From Trichosphaerium sp. ATCC 40318 (Eukaryota; Protista; Tubulinea), in contig JALMLS010000092.1 in assembly GCA_038496445.1 (NCBI GenBank), positions 1 to 64,000 on the forward strand: a stretch of 64,000 nt of DNA. The letters are read 5' to 3'. The notes under the pieces are model-generated. The model ran no database searches. It was not told where the DNA came from and was given only the letters and a program-made list of their open reading frames with translations. Shown here piece by piece: positions 13,783 to 24,989 of this stretch. The position numbers and the translations under genes were made by a program. Every line of letters starts with the position of its first letter. The stretch's first letter is position 1.

Positions 13783-14377
13783 GGTATTTAGAGTAGATTA
13801 AGGATATTATGGCCTAATAGCTCTATTAAACCACTTTTTAAAGGTGATTATGGGTTTCAAGCATTTTTCTGAAATAGTCATTAAGTTGTGGATATTAAGT
13901 TGAAGTTTAGGACAATTAAGGCATGATGTCTAAAATATCCTCAAACAGGTCAAAAACATGGCCATTTAGTGGTAATGGGGTTGTAATGTAATGTAATGTA
14001 TTGTAATGTGTTGTAATGTACATGTACTTGTAATAGTTAAGAAAATAAACCAATCCATCATTTTTACTATGTTGTGTACACAATTATAACTGCTGACACA
14101 TATTTGACCTGTAGATTCTGTACTTTTGAGTACAAAAACCCATACAATCCATACTTTTAACCCATACTTTTGACCTGTATTCAACTTGTACAGGTTCCAT
14201 ACTTTTGACACAGATTAAATCCATACATGTGTACTTAACCTGTATGGATTCTGTACTTTTGACCTGTATTCAACGTACAGGTTCTGTACTTTTGACCAAT
14301 ACAAAACCTGTGTGGAATCTGTACTTTTTGACCTGTACTCTACCTGTACATTATCCATACTCCTGACTTTACTACTG
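13783..14377 (+). mobile_element. TIR element copy 3, 5'-truncated and heavily CpG-decayed
   Basis: Direct homologue of 11083-11671, ending ...TTTACTACTG. CCCGTAC units appear as CCTGTAC or CCCATAC. Confidence 0.88.
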
Positions 14378-14880
14378 ATGTGGCACATATATACTAATGC
14401 ATGCACATGTACTCACTTGTAAGGTTGCCAAAGGATCTTGAGAAGAATTGGTTGCAAACACAGCAGTTACAGTTCATACAAAAGGAAACAAGTTTATATT
14501 AGTTGATATGCAAACATGGAGAGTTGTTAATTGATATGCAACAGGTGGCATTGGTGGTTGAACAACCACTAATGTATTGGAATTAGAAACTTAAATCAAC
14601 AACCATTGGGAAATTACTGTACCACACTGTAATGTAGGAAATATAAAAAGACACAACTTGTGATTTGGTGATGTTCAGACAAATGGGAATGTAGATCTTT
14701 ATTTTGAACTATGAAAATACCTGGAATAAATAACCATTTTGGTTTATGCATATCGCACATTGAAAACATGCATAAAACATCACTTTGATATAAGAAAAGT
14801 AAATAACAATTTTTTACAATACATAAATGTGAACAATGATTACAACATTGTTGGTAGACTTAATCAAAACCATTAAAATA

Positions 14881-15150
14881 TAAAAAAAAAATGTAAAAGA
14901 TGGTTGGACAAGCCGGGCTTCGATCCCGGTACCTCGCCCATGCTAAGGGCGTGTGATACCAATTACACCACTCGCCCAATTGATATATGTAACATTTTGA
15001 ATATTGGGGTACCAATAAACTACAATATACAACGTATTTATATGATTTACAATGTTATATGTCTGTTACTCCCTCTGCGTCATTCAACAAATCATTTACA
15101 ATGTTGTTGATGTCTGTAAATGTTTGCTTGTTCTGTTTGTTTGTTTTGGG
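14881..15150 (-). repeat. Right arm of the inverted duplication
   Basis: Reverse complement of 9498-9766. Confidence 0.97.
14905..14977 (-). tRNA. tRNA-Ala(AGC), identical second copy
   Basis: Exact reverse complement of 9671-9743. Confidence 0.97.
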
Positions 15151-15286
15151 TGGTTTTTTACGTTTATTGTTTATTTTGCTGTTCACGTAAAGCCAAAGTC
15201 TCAATAAGTCATTTCGTTGCTGCAATATTACGTAGCAGCCGCCTCCTATGACCAACATAACACCAAACAAGTACTTGATTGCCTAA

Positions 15287-18200
15287 ATGACAGAAGAGTT
15301 GGTTAAAAAGCTTTCAACACGCGTATTCTTAGTTGTACGTGAGTTCCTATTAACTTTCCGTTAATTCAGTTGAAAGCAAGTACGTGAGGTGTATTGGATC
15401 AGATTCGAAGGCCCACCGCATCAGCTGTTTGAATTGTACAGAGAATATATAAAAGCAAAGCAGTTAGTCGCAATAATTGAAGATGACCCGTTGTTTCTGT
15501 TGCTCTTCACATTGGATAATGTCAAGTACGATTCGCAAGACATGCGGGGCGAAAATGGCCTTCTAGATGGCGTTACAGGTGTGTGGTAATAACACGAGCG
15601 CCCGCGCTCTGACTGACACTTTGAACAGAAGCAGCAACGGGTGTTTGGCACTTGAACAAGCCGACAGAGTACCAGAAACTTTTTGGAAGCGCGTTTGAAG
15701 AGGCGTTCGTCAATCTCGTTGACAGGTACCACAAAAAACTCTGAATAGCTTGCAAAACCTAAGTTAGCATTGTAGATATATGGAAGGGTCAGGAGTGGTT
15801 CGTGTTGGGCGACATTTTGTCATGGAAACGCAGGACAGGACAACTGCTCAAGCCCTTAGACTCAATGTTTTTCGACTCGGCACTTGCCTTGGGATTGCGT
15901 TTAGACCAATAGCTCTTCCAATACAAAGATTTCCATCATGTGCAGGCTCTCCAAGTTTCAAGTTGCCAGCACAAGGTAAGTTCTGACTCAACTACCAGCT
16001 TTGAGATATCTAGAAAAGGAAGCCGTATTGTTCATCTTATTTTGTAGGCATTCTCGGTCCCTTTGGCATTGTGGGAGATATGCAAGCTATCTGTCAGGGT
16101 TCTCCTACGACGCAAACCTCTTGGAACGAACTTTTACCAAACTATGGTGTACGACGACATCCAACCTAGTTATTTCTTTTTTGTTTCAGTCAAATTTATT
16201 TTCTAAGCCCAACCAAACAATATCTAACTGACATTGGGCCAATTGTAGAATCAAGCGAATGCAGCAAGCACATCATCATACCTCCCTTATCTACAGTTTT
16301 GTGTCAAAGGCATCTCGTTAAAGGTGCCATTGGATGCCGTGTGGGTCCCTGTGTTTGACATTAATACGAACAACACCGACACTTCTTTTTGTTGTAAACA
16401 CAAACCGAGTGCAACTGGCGACAGAAAAAAACTTCGAGCAGCACATAACTGGCATGACCTCATTGCAAAACAGCAATCCCCTGACGCAAATGGTACAGAC
16501 GACAAGAAGAACAGCAATCGATCATCACCTGGCTTGCAGACAAGCACAGAGAGGCTTAACCGCTCAAAGCGGCAAAGTCGCGCAGGCTCTCCAGGAGGGA
16601 CAGGCATTAGCATTACACCCACACCTCCTAGAAAGCGTAAACTCCACGTGAGTAGTGGTTCAAGCGCACAACCTAAAGCCAAACGGCCGCCCAAGAGCAT
16701 TGTTATCAAAACAGAAGCACCACCGCCGCCTGGGCCATTTAGTCACATTAAAAAGGTCACCTTGTTGTTGCCCAAGTACAACGCACCTCCAAAGAATGTA
16801 CCAATAGTGACGTCTATCAAACTACCAAGTGACTATCAGGTTGCAACTAGTCCAGTGTCAGCACCCCCTCTGGACGACCTTGGCGACATTGACTTGGATG
16901 GCTGGATGGAGTCCTTAAGCTCCAATCCCATACCTACAACGCCTACTGACTTTTGTGTCGTTTCACCTCTAGGTTTTGGTGCACCAACCACACCTATCCA
17001 TCTTGACGTGCGTGAAACAATTTTTTTAGTTTGTTTTGGTTTTTTTTTTGCCACACCACGCGATCCGTTCGTAGTCTTTCCTAATCGCCTTTCCTTTTAG
17101 GCCGGCACACCACTGCAACAAATTGTACATACACCAATCGCTATGAACACAGTTATGGAGCAACCGACGCCTGGGGTGGTTGTACCAGAAACATTTACAC
17201 CAGTCACGTCGCCGCTCCCAAGCCCATTTGTGCGCACAATTCTCCGTTTTTTAGTTTTGCTCCAGCTAAGGTTGATAACACTTGCATTAATAGAACCCAT
17301 ACGAAGGTTACCATCTGGTACCTAAAGATTACACTGCCATGACCCAAGCCGCATTACCTATCAGCGTTCAACAAATGGGATATGTCCCACGACCCGCACA
17401 AACTGACAGCAATGACAATGAAGCCAATAAATCACTAACTGCCACTGCCTTCAACAAAGAACCTGACAAAGGGCCATCGCTTAGTGGCACGTCCCCAGCG
17501 GGACCAATAACAACAAACACTCAAAAATTTATGGAGGACGACGATTACTCATCAGACGAGGAAGTATTAACCTTTGTACAAAAATCAAGCAAGGTTGCAT
17601 TTACGAAGCCGATCCCTTCTTGGGTAGATACTACCGGCACAGTGAATCCTGTTCTTTTGCCTTTGTTCCTGTCTTGGCGTACATGTGATGGTGACAATGA
17701 CACAACACGCCAAGGTCTCGTCAAGGCACAACACAGCACGTTGAAGCGCAGGCTCAAGGTCATTTCACAATCAGCCATGTCAAATTTACCATTACCCTAT
17801 CAGAACGCGATATCAGCGTACTTGTGCAAGATGCTGGCCGCTGGGACGTTTTGTAGTGACCCCAAGTTCACAGAACCATTCGATGCATTGCACCTCCATC
17901 GACGCAATCTGGTCCAGCACAACCATGGGCAAGCACTCGACCTCATCATGGCAAAGATGCTCAATGCACTTCCAGAGTGGATTGTAGGTCCAGAGAAACG
18001 GACCACAACACTTCAAGACATACTCAACATTAAACAAGGTAGAGTGACGTTTATCCTTCCTGGACGTATTTTGACTCAAACCTCTAGATTGCGACCCTGA
18101 ACCTCAACCTCGATCTGATTTACCTCGAGTGGTTAGTCTCAGGGAACCTTGTGTGATGATGGGATATCAATATGGCGATCAAATAGCGATGCAACACCGC

Positions 18201-20102
18201 TACCTGCATCTTTGGGACAAACTGAGCTTAGGTACACAATTTAAGGTTGTGTCATTAATAATATAACGACCTCTCTAGAACCCTATGCGCATGAAAAGCA
18301 TGTGAGTTACATGGTTGTCGCGCCAAAAATAGATAACGAATCGCATATTAGTTTGTTCTTCTCGGAACTGGGTGCTATGTATCAACTATACAACCTGGGA
18401 AACCACAAACCAGTACGCTCAACAATGACACTTATTACATAGTTCACTGCATGTCACATGCTCACTCATCTACCCAAAAAGGCTTCAGTTGGAAATACTA
18501 GAACACCACAACGCCGTGATGGTATCGTATTTGTTGATACACCAGAAAAGACAGAGACCAACACAGCAACCATTATCAATAAATTGAAAAAGGCCGTATC
18601 AAATACAGGTTGCATAACTTTTTAATTATTCTAAAATTAACATATCCATGTACAGGTAAGACAATACGCTCATGGGCTTCTCCTCTATCAAATCACACAG
18701 TAGTGTTGTATTTGGTATGGCCATTGGGCTGGACAGGGCGCGAAGGGCTCGCACTGTTTGACGTCATGGCCGAATTGTACAAAGGACTTGGTGATAAGAC
18801 AGAGATATCCAACACAATCACAACACAGCCAATCCCACTCGACTGGATACTTTCTGATACATTAGACAGCAGTACGTTGTTACTATTCAGTAACTCGAAG
18901 GTTGCGACTAGTTGAACTCACAAGGCGTAGGGCTTGTCCAAGCGATGGCATTCAGCGTGTTTGCCAGGTCAAGGCGTTCGTGCTTGGACCCTTTCACTCA
19001 AACTCTGCGTGAAGTTTTTGAACCGCCAGTTGTACTCCAAACAGAGCATCACATGCTACTCTCGACAGGCCTAGGACAGCAAGCCAAGACCATCTTACAC
19101 ATTGCATTCTTGTCCTATGAACAAGACAATGACCTACCAAATGGGTGGGGTGTTGCAGCAATGACAGACAGCATGAGCGAGATTCGAGATGTCAATATAT
19201 TTGAGGGCAACGTACGTTAGCTGAACAAAACTTTATGTTTCTTTCAAAACATCAAAAATCACTTTTGCCTTTGCGCCCTTATGCTGGAGCTAATGTAAAA
19301 TTACCAGTTCGATTATGCATCGCTACTACAATATCCAAACGCATTCTTGCAAGGCCAAAGTGAGGGGTCCGAGACTCTGGTATTTACCTTTTTGGGTTCT
19401 CCAACCGCATCGCAAGTTAGGCAATTCAAAGAAGCCATAGCAACCGCCAGACGGCAATCGCAACTCACAGGTACCACTCTCGCATTCAGTCATGCAAGAC
19501 AGTTGACTGATGTTCCGACTAGGAACCATTGCGCTTGTATCTGTGTCCATTGAAGAGGACGTCATACTGAGCAATGCCACCACAAACACTGATACGGTAC
19601 GCAAATTAAAACAGTTGGTTTGTGGACTTACCACCAGAGAACATAGGCCGGGTTTGAAGATGCTAGTATAGCAGTATTCCCTCCTTGCGGTTGCTTACAA
19701 CTTGGAGATGTTGCAGAAAAGCCAAAGCAGACAGCATACATACTGCCGCTACCTCACCAATCTCTATCTCCTCATTTGCCGCTCAAAGGTTGGAACAAAA
19801 CTTGCGCTGTTTCCCTTGCTCATTACTTTATTATAGTGGCTCTCTGGGACTGCGAATCCATGGTCGAAAACGGTGTGGTTGATTGTGGCTTAACGCTGAG
19901 GTGCGTCTTTGTTATTGGGTCGACAAAGTGAACGACAGTTTTCTAATTCATTTGTAGGGAAATAGTGTTGGACTTGTATAATTTAGCGTGGGCTGGGGTT
20001 GAACAGATGCCGCACATTAACCACAACAACACTATACTACCCCTACACTTTAAAATGTGCGCAAAAGTAGCCAAATTCGTTGGCAACTGCGTGAACACGT
20101 GA
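15287..20102 (+). CDS. MED13: Mediator complex subunit 13
   Basis: MID-region motif LWDKLSLEPYAHEKHVSYMVVAP...FFSELGAMYQLYNLGNHKP, then AMAFSVF, LHIAFL and C-terminal LREIVLDLYNLAWAG...LPLH. A long Pro/Thr-rich disordered region lies between. Confidence 0.85.
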
Positions 20103-20291
20103 ATGTAAGACATAGAAATCAAAAAAAACATAAAAAAACCAAAATAAGTAATAAAATGCAAAATAGCTCTGTAATCTATACAGCCACTTGATTGATGACC
20201 TGTTTCGCGCATCCCTTGAGTGATATGGATTAAGTCAAAGTCGCTTTTTGATCGATATTGTGCCGATCATACATTTTTTACCCCTACAGTC

Positions 20292-21119
20292 ATGGCAACA
20301 AGTCCTCACCCAACCGCAAAACGTCGCATACGCATGGAACAGTATGTGGGCCCTTTTTTATTTATGGATAACGCAATCATACTTGGTTTTTTTTTTGTAA
20401 AATTTTACAACATTAATCAATCGCCTAGCATACCCCATCAGCTAGTAGCGCTAATGATGCTCCCATATGAGCTACACACAGTCATTCGAAATTTGGACAA
20501 AAAAATAAATGCACAATGGCCGGTTCTGTGTCATCAAGCGGCAGTATCGTCCCGTTACAACAAGGCGCTTGAAAAGAACGGGTGTTTTAAGACCTCAAAC
20601 GGCGAGTTCGTGACCACGACGAATTACAAGAACAACAACATAGAAGGTGATGAAACGGTTCACGACAAACAAGGGCGCCTTGTGGTGTTAACACCTCACA
20701 AACATGGAAAAGTACATGGCATTTACAAACAATGGACGTACGCACGGGACACAACACGTGTACTCCTTGTAGAATACACATACAACAAAGGGGTACGCCA
20801 CGGCCTTCAGTGCAAGTACCATCCAACCGGGAAACCCCGTTCTCGATGCACATTCGTCAACAACGAACAACACGGCGAGTTCATCGCTTGGAACCATAAA
20901 GGTCTCAAAGTCGTACACAGCCACTACTCCCATGGTTTGTTACAAGGAGAATACAGAGAGTGGCACTTTAATGGAAAGCCTCGAATAGCAGCCTCATTCA
21001 ATCAAGGCAAACGGGTAGGCCACTACACAGCCTGGAACTTCCTTGGACAAGCCACTGCTCAGTATAACTTTGCAGGCAAAAACATTGCGCCTGGGCGACT
21101 TATAACACGCAAAAAGTGA
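20292..21119 (+). CDS. F-box-like N-terminus plus MORN-variant (YwqK-type) repeat protein
   Basis: Repeats HGKVHGIYKQW, KGVRHGLQCKYHPTG, HGLLQGEYREWHFNG. Probable 87-nt in-frame intron at 20342-20428. Confidence 0.8.
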   Translation: MATSPHPTAKRRIRMEQYVGPFLFMDNAIILGFFFVKFYNINQSPSIPHQLVALMMLPYELHTVIRNLDKKINAQWPVLCHQAAVSSRYNKALEKNGCFKTSNGEFVTTTNYKNNNIEGDETVHDKQGRLVVLTPHKHGKVHGIYKQWTYARDTTRVLLVEYTYNKGVRHGLQCKYHPTGKPRSRCTFVNNEQHGEFIAWNHKGLKVVHSHYSHGLLQGEYREWHFNGKPRIAASFNQGKRVGHYTAWNFLGQATAQYNFAGKNIAPGRLITRKK

Positions 21120-21232
21120 GCATGCAATTATCGTCGCGCGTTGCCTCTTGTAAAAAATAGAAAAACGGAAAAAATAAAAACAGTCAAAGCGTACAAATAT
21201 GATTTCCAATTTATTGCCTTTACTAACCGACA

Positions 21233-21964
21233 TTAACGAAACGAATTGGTTACACCTTGGAAATATGGTTTAAGTAGGTTGGCTTCTGCTTCCATTTCTT
21301 CTTCAGAGCGCGGCTTCCTTCCATCCTTTTCAATCTATTGCAAACATGACGCTGTTAACACCAAAGAAATAAAAAAACTAAATTGTTATTGGATATTGTA
21401 AAGCCACTGTACCTCACGGTAAATGTCATCATTGTCCGTAAAATCGCCTGGCTTTCGCGGTATGACATGTACGTGTACGTGTTCTACTGTTTGGCCGGCG
21501 TCAGCGCCATCCTACAATTATGCTGGTTAAACCTAACAATTGCCTTTTGCATTTCCGCCTTCGCGATCGTAGTTTTACTAGTGCTGTACGCGAGTGAAAG
21601 TAGTTAACGTACTTGTACAGTTATCGTTAAAGAGGTGCCTTTGAAGTGTTGCTCCATTGCGTTACCGACACTAGAAGGATGTCACTACGCGCATTATAGG
21701 CAAGATACGCACATCTGGGCAGAATGAAACAAATCGCTTATTTCACTAACTGTTAGATCTCTATAACGCTTTACTTTGCGTTTCTGACCAACAAAATCAG
21801 TATACAACACAAAGTGTGCTAAATCGTACAGGAATGAGTAGTACGTGGCCTGGTACAACAGGTTTCAGGTTTACGAAGCCAATAGTCTTGCTAGACTTGT
21901 AGAAAATACAAGTGTCCCGCGGAGTGTACTGACCAAAGACAAATGTTCCTACTTTGCTTGCCAT
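21233..21964 (-). CDS. FHIT: FHIT-type bis(5'-adenosyl)-triphosphatase (HIT family)
   Basis: [58 protein letters not shown]. Confidence 0.93.
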
Positions 21965-22393
21965 CTCTTGTTAAAGTTCAAAAAACTTGTAAAACAACTT
22001 TTTCGGACGAAATTTACGAAATAAAACATTGTAAAGGCACAAAACAGCTCATACGCATTGAACGGTAGTAAAGCGCAAGTGGCTAAGCAAACATGTTTAA
22101 TTAACGGCTACAAACTAAACGAACGTAAACAGTACTACATCACTCGTATAATGTGTACAGGTGATGAGTAGGCATGATAGCGGTAGTGGAGGGCGCTTAC
22201 TTGGCTGTTCTTCGCCGTTCCAGCGTGTAAAAAAATAAGTGTAATCACAAAACAAAAAAAACTAACGGCTACTTCGAACCAGCTTTTATATTTTGTAGCG
22301 CGTGCAAAAACTCGTGGGCTGTTACAAGAAAATGGTCGTACCGCGAATTATAACGATTACTTCCTATTCCAGGCCTACAGATGACTTAACTCA

Positions 22394-22401
22394 TTTGCCG
22401 C
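22394..22401 (+). promoter_or_regulatory. Candidate E2F site upstream of PCNA
   Basis: TTTGCCGC matches TTTSSCGC about 55 bp before the PCNA ATG. PCNA is a classical E2F target. Confidence 0.4.
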
Positions 22402-22455
22402 CAATATCATTTTACAGTTATTCATCTACATAACACAACACCACTCCATTAAAAA

Positions 22456-23651
<1,196 letters not shown>

Positions 23652-23811
23652 ATGTCTTTTTTTTTTGCGCTGATTTTTGCGTTGTTATACTACTACTACA
23701 TGTACATAAGGCCAGAACAAGTTTATTTTTTGTACATAAGTGAAATAAAATTCTACGCTTTTCATTTCTTTAACAACTTGTCCGTTACATGTCAATCCGA
23801 ACAGTGTACTT

Positions 23812-24845
23812 ACTAGTTCCACCCTCCTGAACAGAAATTAGTTTTTTTTTAAAAGCAGTTCGCACCTAGGAGATGGTTCGCTGCAGCGTTGACGTCATTT
23901 GAATAGATTTCCAAGAGTTGCTGTGCCTTTTCTTTGGATGCGCCAAGTTCCATTAAGTTTTGTATGGCTTCTAGAGGCGCTTACCAAAGTGTGAGCATTA
24001 AAAGTCAAAAGAATAGTTACGTACTGCCTGTGATTGCGCTACGGTTGTCAACTGGTCTGTTACCTGTGGCACGCTTAACCGCTGTGATCAAGAGTGCGAT
24101 AATGTTGGCATCATAAGAATCGTCTCTAGGCAGTCGTCCTTTTCTAGAGTTGTTATATTAGCTGACCGACAGTAACGCTTGGAAAAGAGGTACTTGTTTC
24201 TTATTGTGGCAGTAGTGCCGTCCTTGTCCAAGAGAAGCGCAACAATATTTCTGTTTCCTTTTTTTGCTTTTGCAGACGTTAGGAACTGTCAAAACAGCAC
24301 GAAATATTTACCTGCAATGTGTAGTGGCGTGTCACCTTGTTCATCTAGACGAAACGGTTTATTAGAGTGCCTGTACAGAAACGCCAAATGTAAATTAAAT
24401 TGAACGTACTCTGTTGTGATGGTGAGGCGCCGCCACTTAGAAGACGTTGTGTAGCGAGGTAGTGGTCATTTTTACACGTCAAGTGAAGGGCTGACTGACC
24501 TGGAATGTGTAAAAACGTTGTGCTACGTAGGCGCTTATCCAAGTACGAACCGTTAGAATCCTCTAAGTTTAACGAACAAACGTCACATAATTCTTCTATT
24601 ACCTCGTAGTGGCCTAGAAATGCCGTCAATATGGCGTAGAGTCAAGAACTAACCATTTGTACTGGCTAGATGAAGTGCAGAACTACCAAACTAAATAAAC
24701 ATCAGTATGTCAACGAACCACGCGCTAGTACTTCATTAACAGCATCAAATTCAATTGACTTTTTTGTTTTTTCGCTTATCAATTTTTTAACGTATTCCAC
24801 GTCACCACTAGAGCAAGCTTCGAAAAACTTTGCTTGTTCTGTCAT
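23812..24845 (-). CDS. Ankyrin-repeat protein with C-terminal UBA-like domain
   Basis: GSSALHLASTNGHYEVIEEL, GQSALHLTCKNDH, GDTPLHIAAKKGNRNIVALLL, then IQNLMELGASKEKAQQLLEIYSNDVNAAANHLL. Confidence 0.88.
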
Positions 24846-24989
24846 GTTTGCTATGTTTTACTAAAGATTATGTGAAATACAACAACTTAGCAGACTAAGC
24901 CAACTACACTCAATTGGAGCCTGGGCAGACTCACCTCTTATTAATAAGAATACAACTAAACCGTTACTACTTTGTAACGTAATTCGCAA

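Noticed and set aside
15055-15270. Minus-strand ORF sharing the DENN-ARM C-terminus as a real gene
   Set aside because: It is a by-product of the inverted duplication, with a non-ATG start and an unrelated upstream part.
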